A stretch of 64,000 nt of DNA. Source: an uncultured delta proteobacterium (lineage in GTDB: Bacteria > Desulfobacterota > Syntrophia > Syntrophales > Smithellaceae). This document shows positions 29,065 to 39,378 of this stretch, piece after piece. The notes below the pieces were generated by a model. It was not told where the DNA came from. It did no database searches and saw nothing but the letters and a program-made list of their open reading frames with translations. The stretch covers positions 26,777-90,776 of the forward strand of contig CAVSCG010000032.1 of assembly GCA_963726395.1 (NCBI GenBank). Reading direction: 5' to 3'. Each line of letters starts with the position of its first letter. Positions within the stretch are counted from its first letter, which is position 1. The position numbers were made by a program, and so were the translations under genes.

Positions 29065-30756
29065 TTACCATGGATCAACAAAAGAATGCCGGGCATCCTG
29101 AGGTTGACGGGCGGGAACGGATTTCAGCCCCTGCATGATCCACTTGCGGGTGTCGGCTGGGTCGATGACCGCGTCGATTTCGAGGTAGGCCGCCATGTTG
29201 ATAGCCTTACCCCTTTCATACAACTGGGCAACCAGGAATTCGTAGAGTTCTTCGCGTTTTTGTGGATCTTCCACGGCGGCCAGTTCTTTTTTAAAACCGG
29301 CTTTGACCGCGCCTTCTAGGCCCATGCCGCCGAATTCTCCGGTGGGCCAGGCAGCCGTAAAGAACGATTCATGAAACCCGCCTTTGGCCATGGCCATGGC
29401 GCCAAGACCGTATCCCCTGCGCAATACAATGGTAAAATAAGGTACGGTGATGTGAGATCCGATAACGAACATCCGACAAACATGGCGCACCTGCGCGCGT
29501 TTTTCGATCTCCGGCCCAACCATAAAACCAGGTGTATCGCACAGCGACAGAATCGGCAGACCATGCGCGTTGCAGATCTGCATTAAGCGAGCGACCTTGT
29601 CCGCGCCTTCCGCTTCAATGGCGCCGGCCATGTGCATGGGGTTGTTGGCGATGACGCCGAAAGGCCGTCCTTCTATGCGCAGCAGTCCCGTTACCATACC
29701 GGGGCCGAATTTGGGCCTGAGCTCCAGAAAAGTGTTCGTGTCGGCGATGGCTTTGATAACGTTGCGGACGTTGTAGGCGCGCTTGCGGCTCTCCGGAATA
29801 AGGTTACGAAGGCGAATGGGATCGCCCGCTTCCCATGAAGATGTTGCGCCCTGAAAATAGGAAAGATATTTTTTAGCTATGGCAACTGCTTCCACATCGT
29901 CAGCTACTTCAATATCGACCACGCCGTTTTGTGTTTGTACATCCATTGGGCCGACTTCCTCCGGTTTGAAAACGCCCAGGCCTCCGCCTTCAATCATGAC
30001 CGGGCCGCCCATGCCGATGTTGGAATTCTTTGTCGCGATGATGACGTCGCAGCATCCTAAAAGCGCAGCGTTTCCCGCAAAGCAGGGTCCGGAGACGACG
30101 CCTGCAACCGGTACATGTCCGCTAAGTCTTGCAAACGAAGCGAACGTTCCTAAATCGAGTCCCGCCACCATAACGCCTGTCGCATCAACGTCGCCGGGCC
30201 TTCCGCCGCCGCCTTCACCGAAGAAGACTAGCGGCAGGCGCTGTTCATAGGCCAGCTTCAGCATCCGGTCCATTTTTTTATGATTGAAAAACCCCTGCGT
30301 GCCGGCCAAAACAGTGTAGTCATATGCCAGGATCATGCAGCGCGCCTTGTCTTCGGGAAAAAGTGCGCCGTTGACGAAGGCAAGGCCTGCAATCATGCCG
30401 TCGGCCGGTGTCTTGGCGATCAGATCGTCGACGGATCGTCTTGTGCGCTGAGCGGCAATCGCCAGCGCCCCGTATTCGATGAAACTGCCGGGATCGCATA
30501 AGTCCTCGATGTTCGCACGTGCTGTGCGCTGGTTTTTTTGTTTCCTTTTTTCCACCGCTTCGGGTCGGTTTTCGTCCGCGCCGAAAGATTGCCTTTTGAT
30601 CAGTTCGGCCAGGTCCGTGCGGATCGGGTTTTGGTCGGTGTGCTGATTTTCGGCGGATGCGCTTTTTGCTGTCGTCTCGTTTGTATGTTTGTCTGGTTCC
30701 ATTTGCGTAATACTCTCCTGTTGATTGCGGATCGATTTTCTTTTCAATGCATACAA
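29065..30756 (-). CDS. Acyl-CoA carboxyltransferase (carboxyl transferase domain protein, PccB/GcdA-like)
   Basis: Two crotonase-like CT halves: GGARIQEG-type region FFGEGGGGRPGD, and CDTPGFMVGPEIE, AWPTGEFGGMGLEGAV. The ~50-aa N-terminal extension is low-complexity; an alternative start is ATG 30702. Confidence 0.8.
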   Translation of the reverse strand: MYALKRKSIRNQQESITQMEPDKHTNETTAKSASAENQHTDQNPIRTDLAELIKRQSFGADENRPEAVEKRKQKNQRTARANIEDLCDPGSFIEYGALAIAAQRTRRSVDDLIAKTPADGMIAGLAFVNGALFPEDKARCMILAYDYTVLAGTQGFFNHKKMDRMLKLAYEQRLPLVFFGEGGGGRPGDVDATGVMVAGLDLGTFASFARLSGHVPVAGVVSGPCFAGNAALLGCCDVIIATKNSNIGMGGPVMIEGGGLGVFKPEEVGPMDVQTQNGVVDIEVADDVEAVAIAKKYLSYFQGATSSWEAGDPIRLRNLIPESRKRAYNVRNVIKAIADTNTFLELRPKFGPGMVTGLLRIEGRPFGVIANNPMHMAGAIEAEGADKVARLMQICNAHGLPILSLCDTPGFMVGPEIEKRAQVRHVCRMFVIGSHITVPYFTIVLRRGYGLGAMAMAKGGFHESFFTAAWPTGEFGGMGLEGAVKAGFKKELAAVEDPQKREELYEFLVAQLYERGKAINMAAYLEIDAVIDPADTRKWIMQGLKSVPARQPQDARHSFVDPW

Positions 30757-30931
30757 TAATCCAAGATGTATATCAAGAAATGCATATAGATTTTATGGGA
30801 CTTTTGCTTTCCTGAAAAACCGTCCCTCAGTCCTAAAAATATTTACGAAAATTTTGCCATATGCGTGTATAATCAGATCGCCGGTTAAAAAATGAAAAAG
30901 ATTTAAAAAAATTATTGAGGAGTATGAATTT

Positions 30932-31732
30932 ATGGATCTGAAGATAAATGACAAGATTGCTATTGTGACGGGCGGGGGAAACGGCATCGGCAAAGCCATT
31001 GCGATGCGTCTGGCCGACGAGGGGGTAAAAGTGGTCGTTGCGGATTTGAATGATGAAGCCGCGCAAAAAGTTATTGACGAAATTAAAGACAAAGGTGGAG
31101 ATGGTTTGGTTGTATCATGCGATGCAACAAAACCGGAAGATGTCGATGCCATGGTTCAAAAGACACTCGACGCGTACGGCGTAATCGATATTTTGGTCAA
31201 CAACGTGGGCGGAGGCACGGGAATCGCATTGGTGGTTCAATCGCAAGTTGAGCACTGGGACAAGACCATCGAGATGAATCTGAAAAGCGCCTATCTCAGT
31301 TGCCGTGCTGTGGCCAAAGCAATGATTCCAAGGAAACAAGGACGCATGATCAGTATTTCGTCGGTCTCGGGTAAATCCGGCGAGCCGCTTCTGGGATCCT
31401 ACTGCGCGGCCAAATTCGGCGTGATCGGTCTGACACAGGTATTGGCCAAGGAACTGGCGCGCTATAACATCACCGTTAATGCTGTCTGTCCAGGATATGT
31501 CTATACGCCAGGATGGGAAAAACTTGCGCAGGCGCTCAAGGACAGCCAGCCGGCTCTGGCCGATAAAAGTCTCCAGGAAATCTTTGAAGCGCGGGTCAAA
31601 GCAGTGACTCCGCTGAGAAGGCCTCAGACGGCTGAAGAAATAGCCGGGCTGGTGGCTTATCTGGCATCGGGTGACGCCGGTAGTATTACCGGCCAGGCTA
31701 TCAGTATCGATGGCGGCGTGGTGATGGGGTAA
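30932..31732 (+). CDS. SDR-family oxidoreductase (FabG-like)
   Basis: TGGGNGIGKA, NNVG, YCAAK (YxxxK), ITGQAISIDGG. Confidence 0.85.
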   Translation: MDLKINDKIAIVTGGGNGIGKAIAMRLADEGVKVVVADLNDEAAQKVIDEIKDKGGDGLVVSCDATKPEDVDAMVQKTLDAYGVIDILVNNVGGGTGIALVVQSQVEHWDKTIEMNLKSAYLSCRAVAKAMIPRKQGRMISISSVSGKSGEPLLGSYCAAKFGVIGLTQVLAKELARYNITVNAVCPGYVYTPGWEKLAQALKDSQPALADKSLQEIFEARVKAVTPLRRPQTAEEIAGLVAYLASGDAGSITGQAISIDGGVVMG

Positions 31733-31975
31733 AAATTATCTGCAATGACCGGCAGATATATTAAGAATGACGGTCATGTAATTTACGCAATTATATCAAG
31801 TGTATCAGAAAGCAGAAAATCATGATTTTTGTTCATCTATACGGCCGGATAATATTCTGATATTGACATGTTTTATTTTTTGAGTGAATAGAACCATCAT
31901 GCATAATATAGGGATGGTATGATCATTTCCCAATGTCACAAGGAAAACCAACAAAAAAAGAGGAGGGACTGAGAA

Positions 31976-33226
31976 ATGAAGTATTTGAAAGTACTGATAT
32001 GTTTGGTTGCTGCTGTTTTTGTCGTTTCCTGGGCGGGAAGTAGTAAGGCTGCAGATGAAATTGTTCTGGGTTATACCGGACCGCTGAGCGGTCCTGCCGC
32101 TGAATACGGGCAGGACCTATTTAACGGTATCGATATGGCCGTTAAGGAATTGAACGCCGGCGGAGGCATTACCGTTAAAGGGAAAAAATACACCTTCCAG
32201 CTGGAAAAGCTTGATGACCGTATCGATCCGACCCAGGCGGTGAATAACGCCCGGCGCTTTAGAACGAATAAGGCCATCGCGGTTTTCAACGGCGTTTTCA
32301 ATACCACCGCTCCCATGATGAAAATCAATGAAGAGAAGGGCAATGAATTTATTATGATGGCTTACACCAGCACCCCCTTAGTCGAAAAGCTGGGCAATAA
32401 ACTGGTGGTTTCTACCGCACCTAATTTTACGACCTATGTTCAAGTCTTTGTTGACTGGGGTTTGAAAAAAGGTTGGAAAAAATGTGCCATGGTTGTAACG
32501 TTGGGCGCTTATGGCGATGAGTGGAGAAGTGCATTTAAAGAATACTGGGAAAAAAGAGGCGGCGTCATAACCGTTGATAAGCCGGCTAATTATTACACGG
32601 AAACGGATTTCTCGCCTCAACTTGCCGCGGCCATCGCCACAAAGCCTGATGTGATGCTGATTGGCGGACCTTCCGCCACAACGGCGCTGGTGATCGAACA
32701 GGCCAGAGGCATGGGTTATAAAGGTGGATTCATCATGATCGACCAGGCCAAGCAGGATTACATTGCTATCCTGTTGAAAGGCACCAAGGTGATGGGGAAT
32801 TTGATTGGAACAGCAGGTGTGGTGAGCGTCCCCTTTGACGGCGCAAAGATATTCGATAAGAAATACACCGAGACTTACAAACGAATGGTGACTTGGGAGT
32901 GCGCCCTCAATTATTCCGCCACACACGCTCTTGCCCGCGCGATTGTTGCCGCGCAGTCAGTTGACGACGTATATAAAATCCGTGCGGCTTTTGCCAAGGC
33001 TTTGGATCCCCCCATGCTGGGCGATAGATTTCCTACCACGACATTCGGAATCGCCGACACAGGGCGCCTTCATATCTTGGCTTCCGTGCAAACCATTACG
33101 AATGGAAAATCTGACCCGTCGTCACTTTATGCCTATTGGCCGGTAACCAAGAAGGAGTTTGACAAGGTCATGAAACTGGGCGAAACGGGCGGAGGGCAAA
33201 CTCCGGTACTTTGGTTGAAACCATAA
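31976..33226 (+). CDS. ABC transporter substrate-binding protein (type I PBP, Leu/Ile/Val-binding-like)
   Basis: Signal peptide, then LGYTGPLSGPAAEYGQDLFNGIDMAVKELN, typical of the Peripla_BP_6 family. Confidence 0.8.
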   Translation: MKYLKVLICLVAAVFVVSWAGSSKAADEIVLGYTGPLSGPAAEYGQDLFNGIDMAVKELNAGGGITVKGKKYTFQLEKLDDRIDPTQAVNNARRFRTNKAIAVFNGVFNTTAPMMKINEEKGNEFIMMAYTSTPLVEKLGNKLVVSTAPNFTTYVQVFVDWGLKKGWKKCAMVVTLGAYGDEWRSAFKEYWEKRGGVITVDKPANYYTETDFSPQLAAAIATKPDVMLIGGPSATTALVIEQARGMGYKGGFIMIDQAKQDYIAILLKGTKVMGNLIGTAGVVSVPFDGAKIFDKKYTETYKRMVTWECALNYSATHALARAIVAAQSVDDVYKIRAAFAKALDPPMLGDRFPTTTFGIADTGRLHILASVQTITNGKSDPSSLYAYWPVTKKEFDKVMKLGETGGGQTPVLWLKP

Positions 33227-33255
33227 TCGCCATTTGATATTAATAAACACTGCAC

Positions 33256-33288
33256 AGAAAGGGCAGGGAAACCTGTCCTTTCTTTTTT
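33256..33288 (+). terminator. Rho-independent terminator after the binding-protein gene
   Basis: AGAAAGGGCAGG GAAA CCTGTCCTTTCT (12-bp stem, one G-U pair) followed by a T6 run. Confidence 0.65.
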
Positions 33289-33385
33289 AATGAGACTCAT
33301 GTTTCAGGAACGAAATGAAATGAAACATGTAAGTCGAATTATCCCACAAGTGGAGCTTGAAGGGATTCTTGCCGCCACGATATAT

Positions 33386-34594
33386 CTAACGACTGGCCAG
33401 CAGAATAACTCCTTCATTTCGGAATACTTCAATTTCTTCTTGTTTATAGCCAAGTTCTTCCAGAACGGATTTCGTATCTTCTCCTAGTGCAGGTGACGGT
33501 CCGGTGGGATGTGCCGGCGTTGCTGAGAATTTAAGCGGGACGCCGATGCCTTTGATCGGGCCACAGACAGGATGCGCCTGTTCGTAAACCATTTGCCGCG
33601 CCTGCAATTGCGGGTCTGTTTCAACTTCTGAAATATCCAGTACGGGAGTCAGGCAAACATCGAGGTCTTTCGCCTCGGCGATCCATTCATCCCTCGTCTT
33701 TGTTCGGAAAAAAGCATCGATCTCTTTGCGCAGGTTGTGAGCCTCTTCTCCCATCACCATATGCTTCTCAATCCACTCGGCGTGGCCGGCCATTTCGCAA
33801 AAAATTTTCCAGAACTTGGTCTCCAGGAGGCCCAGGGCGATATATTTGCCGTCGGCGCATGAATACACGCTATAACAGGCCAGCCCTCCGGAAAGAGGCA
33901 GCTCTCCCGGCGCCATCATCATCTTAGTGGCCTGATAATGCGCCATCTGCAGGGTCATCAGCGGAAGAACGCAATCCAGCATGGCCACGTCAACCCTCTG
34001 TCCCTGGCCGGTCTTTTCTCTGGTCCAGAGGGCGGCAAGACAGGCAATGATGGACATGTACGCACCCCCCGCCACATCACCGAGCTGAGGGCCGGGGAGA
34101 ATGGGGCCTGTTTTTGGAGAACCGGTTGCCGACAAAATTCCGGCGTATCCGATATAATTAATATCGTGTCCGGCATCTTTTGCGTAGGGTCCGTCTTGGC
34201 CGTATCCGGTGATTGAGACGTAGATAATATCCGACTTTAGCCGTTTTGCCGCTTCATAGCCTATGCCCAGCTCGTCCAGTACGCCGGGCCGAAACTGTTC
34301 GATGACGATATCCGCCGTTTTCAGAAGAGAGAAAAAAATGTCCACGCCCTTTTTTGTTTTGAGATTCATCGCCAGGCTGCGCTTGGAACGGTTGACAGCA
34401 ATAAAGCCTGCGGATTCTGATTGGAGATAGGGAGGATAGTATCGCATATAGTCCGGTGCGTTCATATCCTCAATCTTGATGACTTCGGCGCCCATATCGG
34501 CAAGCATCATCGTGCCCAGCGGCCCGGGATAAAGCCGGGTCAGATCAAGAATGCGAATTCCCTGCAAAGGACCGTTTTGAGGCTTTCTTTCCAT
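33386..34594 (-). CDS. Family III CoA-transferase (CaiB/BaiF)
   Basis: GIRILDLTRLYPGPLGTMMLADMGAEVIKIE and a conserved Asp region (VDVAMLD). Confidence 0.85.
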   Translation of the reverse strand: MERKPQNGPLQGIRILDLTRLYPGPLGTMMLADMGAEVIKIEDMNAPDYMRYYPPYLQSESAGFIAVNRSKRSLAMNLKTKKGVDIFFSLLKTADIVIEQFRPGVLDELGIGYEAAKRLKSDIIYVSITGYGQDGPYAKDAGHDINYIGYAGILSATGSPKTGPILPGPQLGDVAGGAYMSIIACLAALWTREKTGQGQRVDVAMLDCVLPLMTLQMAHYQATKMMMAPGELPLSGGLACYSVYSCADGKYIALGLLETKFWKIFCEMAGHAEWIEKHMVMGEEAHNLRKEIDAFFRTKTRDEWIAEAKDLDVCLTPVLDISEVETDPQLQARQMVYEQAHPVCGPIKGIGVPLKFSATPAHPTGPSPALGEDTKSVLEELGYKQEEIEVFRNEGVILLASR

Positions 34595-34660
34595 GTTCCG
34601 ATTTCTCCAACTGCGGCGGGAATTTCCGTTATGGTAACATTCCCGCCACAGATTTCCTTC

Positions 34661-35631
34661 TTAAATCGCTTCGATCGTGGATGTCGGTTTAGCTGTGATG
34701 TTGTAAGTGACGCTGACAACTTCGGGGATGTCTCTGGTGATCTTCGCAGCGATCTTTTCCAGCACATCAAATGAAAGCCTGGTAGGCCTTGCAGTGCGCG
34801 CGTCCAGACTGTTCCAACAGCGGATTTCGATCTGGTTGCCAAAAACCCTTTTGTTGTTGCGCATGCCCGTTACACGGTCTTCATGCAGAATGGCCAGATA
34901 CTGAAACGCCTTGACGTCTTTGAGCGCTGCTTCGGTAATGGCGGTTGCTTTTTTGACTAGGGCGATTTTTGCGGGTGTGACTTCGCCGATGACGCGGGCG
35001 GCCAAGCGCCGGCCCGGGAAAGGGTATCCGGTCGAACATGCCGTACGGCAGTCCCAGTCCCTGCTCCGACTTTGCGTACGCCGTCCTTGCGCAGCTCGAT
35101 GAGCGGTTCCAGAATTTTGTAGCCGAAGGCTTTTTGAGGATCGATGCCCAGTTGCTCAAATACATTGTGCTGCCGTTTAATCCCGGCGACGGTTTCATCC
35201 ACATCAGTCAGAATGGTGCCCTGCAGAAGGTATTTGGCTTTGCTCTTGACGACCAGCTTGCTGAAAACGTTTTTATAAAAGGTTTGCGTGATGGCTTCTC
35301 TTTTTTCTTCGGGATCGGTAATCCCTTTAAGGGCGGCAAAAAAAGCCTTGGACGAGTCCATCACTGTGACCTTGATCCCCAGCTTTTTAAAGGCGGCTGC
35401 CACTTTGGCTGGCTCGTTTTCCCGCATGATACCGTTGTCGATGATATAGGTTTTCAGACGATTGCCCAGCGCCTTATGTCCCAGGGCGGTGACGACGGCG
35501 GAGTCCACGCCGCCGGACAGGGCGTTGATGGCCAGGCCTTCGCCAACAGCTTCACGGATTTTACGAACTTGATCGTCGATAAATTTTTCCACGTTCATAT
35601 TAGTTGCTTTTATTTCTTTCATTTTGATCAT
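34661..35631 (-). pseudogene. Standalone GMP-synthase-type ATP pyrophosphatase (PP-loop + GMP_synt_C), two frameshifts
   Basis: ORFs 34957..35631, 34881..35204 and 34661..35005. SGGVDSAV PP-loop, DPEEKR, LLQGTILTDV, LGLPYGMFDRIPFPGPAL, C-terminal ...NITAKPTSTIEAI. Shifts lie near 35066-35069 and 35002-35003. No glutamine amidotransferase domain is present. Confidence 0.75.
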
Positions 35632-35842
35632 AGCGGCTCCTTTTTGTCATGGAATAGGTTGCAAATGATTTAAACGAAATTGCTTTGCATTTCAAGTATT
35701 AAAGAAAAATAGAACAAAATGATTGCTTACCGGCCCTGTTCTTGAACATTTTGGTTGTAAATTTGACACGTTCGGTTTACAAATCGTCAGCGATGAAGCG
35801 CTGCCGTTCAAATTCTTTATTCTGATCTGAAAGGAGATCTTT

Positions 35843-36605
35843 ATGGAACCGATTAAAATCATGCCGTGTCTGGATATGAAAAACGGAAGGGTGGTTAAGG
35901 GTGTTCATTTTGTCGATATTAAAGAAGCGGGTGATCCGGTGGAGAACGCCGCTTTTTATCAGGCTGAAGGCGCGGATGAACTGGCCATGCTGGACATTGC
36001 GGCCACGCTGGAAAACCGCAAAACACGCCTGGAATGGGTGAAGAAGGTTTCCGCCGTGTTGAGTATTCCGTTGACGGTCGGTGGCGGCATTTCTTCGATT
36101 GAAGATATCGAAATGGTGTTAGGAGCCGGAGCGAGCAAGGTGTCCATGAACAGCGCGGCGGTGAAAAATCCGGAACTGGTGAGTCAGGCGGCTAAAAAAT
36201 TCGGCTCGGAAAAAATCACCGTAGCCATTGATGCGAAAAGAAACGTGGCAATGCCTTCCGGGTTTGAACTGGTCGTGTCCGGTGGCACACTGCCCATTGC
36301 CAAAGACGCGGTGGCCTGGGCGAAAACCTGTCAGGAACTGGGCGCAGGGGTGATTTTGCCCACCAGCATGGACGGAGACGGCACCAAGGCGGGCTATGAT
36401 ATTCCCTTTACTAAAGCCATCTCCTCCGCTGTCACGTTGCCGGTGGTGGCCTCCGGCGGCGCGGGCAAGCTGGAAGATTTCTATGAAGCGGTCGTCAAAG
36501 GAGGGGCCAGCTGTTTTACTGGCCGCTTCGGTTTTTCATTTCCGGTTGCTCAAAATTCAGGACGTCAAAGATTATCTGAGGGGAAAAGGGCTTAAGGTTG
36601 CCTGA
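35843..36605 (+). pseudogene. hisF: Imidazole glycerol phosphate synthase cyclase subunit HisF, one frameshift near the 3' end
   Basis: IMPCLDMKNGRVVKG, DELAMLDI, PLTVGGGI, VVASGGAG. The C-terminus AVLLAASVFHFRLLKIQDVKDYL is in the frame of ORF 36396..36605. One nt is extra near 36509. Confidence 0.9.
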
Positions 36606-36682
36606 TGATTAGGAGTGGCCGACCTTAACTTTTTAACATGATTTGCGCCGTCACAGGGAAAATTGTGAGCAAGATGGGTTAA

Positions 36683-36708
36683 TAGTTAATAGCTCGTAGC
36701 TCATAGCG
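36683..36708. repeat. Tandem heptamer repeat TAGCTCR (copy 2)
   Basis: TAGTTAA TAGCTCG TAGCTCA TAGCG. It shares an 18-mer with 16046-16063. Confidence 0.5.
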
Positions 36709-36720
36709 TTAAAGGAAGAT

Positions 36721-37302
36721 ATGATGAGCAGAATAGGCGACCTCCTTTTTGTAAGAAAGCATCATGTTTGTCCCCGCTGGTTGTGCTTTACCTTTGACAA
36801 CTGGATTCGCCGGCGTTTACAAAATCCTGATCAAATCATCAAAGCCTATGTCAGGGAAGGCGACACCGTTGTGGACGTTGGCCCCGGCATCGGGTTTTTT
36901 ACCATTCCCATGGCCCGCCTGGTGGGAGACAGTGGGCAAGTCATCGCAGTGGATATTCAGGAAGAAATGCTTACTGCTATTTCACAGCGGGCCCTAAGAA
37001 CGGGTCTCGCGCACCGGATTACTGCGCAGTTGGCCAGTCCGGTTTCTCTGAAGGTAACGGTCCTGGCCGATTTCATTCTGGCCTTCTGGATGGCGCATGA
37101 AGTGCCGGATCAGGAAAGATTCTTCGCGCAATTGCATCACGTCTTGAAAGATAACGGCAAATTTCTTCTGGCGGAACCCAAGCTACATGTTTCCAAAGTG
37201 CAATTCGACGCAGCGGTAGGTGTGGTGCAAAAGGCCGGTTTCAGATTACTGGATCGTCCGGACATCCCTTTGAGCCTTGCCTCATTTTTTGCGAAACGCT
37301 AA
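36721..37302 (+). CDS. Class I SAM-dependent methyltransferase
   Basis: VVDVGPGIGFFTIPMA (motif I) and a Rossmann-like layout. Confidence 0.75.
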   Translation: MMSRIGDLLFVRKHHVCPRWLCFTFDNWIRRRLQNPDQIIKAYVREGDTVVDVGPGIGFFTIPMARLVGDSGQVIAVDIQEEMLTAISQRALRTGLAHRITAQLASPVSLKVTVLADFILAFWMAHEVPDQERFFAQLHHVLKDNGKFLLAEPKLHVSKVQFDAAVGVVQKAGFRLLDRPDIPLSLASFFAKR

Positions 37303-37481
37303 ACAAGCTCAAAGCGGAGCGTTATTTGTGGCCTGTCATTAGCTCTAAACCATAATTCTTCAGGGTATGATTTTATCGATTAAGCCTTCTGGCAAAAATC
37401 TAATTAACTTTACAAGCTTATCGCCTTATGCTATGAGGCAAAAAAATATGAAAGATTATCTTTTTTCAGGAGAAAGACAAC

Positions 37482-38231
37482 ATGTCCGGCCATTCTAAAT
37501 GGAGCACCATCAAACGGAAAAAGGGGGCGATTGACGCCAAACGTGGTAAAATATTTACCAAAATTATCAAAGAAATCACACTGGCGGCACGTCTGGGCGG
37601 TGGCGATATTGAAGGCAATTCTCGTTTGAGGCAAGCGATTATGGCGGCCAAAGAAGAGAATATGCCTAAGGATAATATCGACCGGGCAATCAAAAAGGGC
37701 ACCGGCGGCGGGGATGGTGCGGCGGCTTATGAAGAAATCACCTATGAAGGCTACGGACCAGGCGGTGCGGCGGTGATCGTTGATGTCATGACGGATAATA
37801 AAAATCGGACTGTGGCTGAAATTCGTCACATTTTTTCAAAACATGGTGGCAATCTGGGTGAAAATGGATGTGTGTCCTGGATATTCTCGAAAAAAGGAAG
37901 CATCGTAATCGATAAAAAGCTTATTGGTGAAGACGAACTGATGGAACTGGCCCTGGAGGCCGGAGCGGAAGATGTGAGGGCGGAAGGCAGTGAATTTGAA
38001 GTGATCACAGAACCGACGGCTTTTGAAGCCGTGAAAAAGGCTATTGATGCTAAAGGCATCAAACATCTGGAAGCATCTATCAGCAAGATTCCTTCCAATA
38101 CCGTGAAACTCGAAGCGGGTAAGGCGGAGTCCATGTTGAAACTAATGGAGAAGCTGGAAGACAACGATGACGTGCAGAATGTTTACTCCAATTTCGACAT
38201 TGATGAAGATGTCATGGAAAAGTTAAGTTAG
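37482..38231 (+). CDS. yebC: YebC/PmpR family DNA-binding transcriptional regulator
   Basis: [32 protein letters not shown], the canonical family N-terminus. Confidence 0.95.
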   Translation: MSGHSKWSTIKRKKGAIDAKRGKIFTKIIKEITLAARLGGGDIEGNSRLRQAIMAAKEENMPKDNIDRAIKKGTGGGDGAAAYEEITYEGYGPGGAAVIVDVMTDNKNRTVAEIRHIFSKHGGNLGENGCVSWIFSKKGSIVIDKKLIGEDELMELALEAGAEDVRAEGSEFEVITEPTAFEAVKKAIDAKGIKHLEASISKIPSNTVKLEAGKAESMLKLMEKLEDNDDVQNVYSNFDIDEDVMEKLS

Positions 38232-38247
38232 TGACCAATACTGATTT

Positions 38248-38745
38248 TTGACGAAAGCTGATATTTTGCGAATCTTAGGTATCGATCCCGGAAGCGTCGT
38301 GACAGGATATGGAGTGATTGATAAAAGCGGCAATTATCTGCGTCACGTTCTTCACGGTGAAATCAAGCCTCATAAAGGTTCTCTTTTATCTGAAGTTTTA
38401 ATGGATATTTTCAGCAAGCTTAGTGCCGTTATTGTTGAAACAAGTCCACAGTCGGTCGGCCTGGAAAATATTTTCTATGGAAAAAATGTCCGCAGTCTGA
38501 TCCGGCAGGCCCAGGTCCGGGGCGTGGTGATTTATGCCTGTGCCGACAAAGGCGTTCCCGTTTTTGAATATTCGCCACTGGAAGTTAAAAAGGCGGTGGT
38601 CGGTTACGGCCGGGCGGAAAAACGCCAGGTGCAGATGATGGTGAAGGCCATCCTGAAGCTCGATGCCCTGCCGCCTGCGGACGCGGCGGATGCACTGGCC
38701 GCGGCCATCTGTCAGGCCAATTTTTTAAAGGAGCAGCCTCTCTGA
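38248..38745 (+). CDS. ruvC: Holliday junction resolvase RuvC
   Basis: ILGIDPGS...GYGVI, ENIFYGKN, and a C-terminal DAADALAAAIC. Non-ATG start: TTG at 38248, or TTG at 38266. Confidence 0.9.
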   Translation: MTKADILRILGIDPGSVVTGYGVIDKSGNYLRHVLHGEIKPHKGSLLSEVLMDIFSKLSAVIVETSPQSVGLENIFYGKNVRSLIRQAQVRGVVIYACADKGVPVFEYSPLEVKKAVVGYGRAEKRQVQMMVKAILKLDALPPADAADALAAAICQANFLKEQPL

Positions 38746-38746
38746 G

Positions 38747-39355
38747 ATGATCGCCCTGCTATCCGGTAAAATTGCTTATAAGGGAATATCTCATATTGTC
38801 GTGGATACACAAGGCGTCGGTTATCGCGTTTTTATACCGCTCACGACTTTTTATGAACTTCCGGAAGCGGGGCAGGCGGTAACCTTGCATATCCATACGT
38901 CCGTCAAAGAGGATGCGATTAATTTGTTCGGTTTTTACACACTGCAGGAGCGGGAACTTTTTCAACTGATGATTTCCGTCAGCGGGATCGGCCCGAAAGT
39001 GGCGATGAATATTCTTTCGGGTATTTCATCATCCGAACTGCTCGATGCGATCTCCGGGGGCAATCTGGCTAAATTGATCACCATTCCCGGGATCGGCAGG
39101 AAAATGGCGGAGCGCTTAATTTTGGAACTGAGGGAAAAAGCCATTAAGAAAATGGCGGTGGATCAGATTCCGGTTACGGATGCCCGGCAAAAGCGAAGCG
39201 ATATGATGCGGGAAGATGTACTTTCCGCACTGGTCAATTTAGGGTATAAAGCCAATGCTGCGAGAGACGCGCTGGACAAGGTTGCGCGCGATGCAGAAGG
39301 GGAGTTGGCCATGGATCAACTCTTGAAAAAGGCTTTAAAGATTCTTGGCGGTTGA
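38747..39355 (+). CDS. ruvA: Holliday junction branch migration protein RuvA
   Basis: MIALLSGKI...VDTQGVGYRVFIP, HhH motifs (VSGIGPKVAMNIL, IPGIGRKMAERL). Confidence 0.95.
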   Translation: MIALLSGKIAYKGISHIVVDTQGVGYRVFIPLTTFYELPEAGQAVTLHIHTSVKEDAINLFGFYTLQERELFQLMISVSGIGPKVAMNILSGISSSELLDAISGGNLAKLITIPGIGRKMAERLILELREKAIKKMAVDQIPVTDARQKRSDMMREDVLSALVNLGYKANAARDALDKVARDAEGELAMDQLLKKALKILGG

Positions 39356-39378
39356 ACGGGTAGGCTCAGGTAACGACA

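Noticed and set aside
30793-31152. 119-aa minus-strand ORF spanning the carboxyltransferase/SDR spacer
   Set aside because: It is antisense to the 5' end of the SDR gene, including its TGGGNGIG motif region. No SD, so spurious.
29065-34594. Carboxyltransferase / SDR / binding protein / CoA-transferase as a novel catabolic cluster
   Set aside because: The genes are in mixed orientation with separate promoters and a terminator. All belong to very large generic families, and no biotin carrier or carboxylase partner lies nearby. The evidence is insufficient to propose a pathway.
34615-34647. 9-bp hairpin GGCGGGAAT ... ATTCCCGCC between the GMP-synthase-like gene and the CoA-transferase gene
   Set aside because: No U-tract follows on the transcribed (minus) strand and there is no similarity to known riboswitch cores. 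It is too weak to call as a terminator or regulator.
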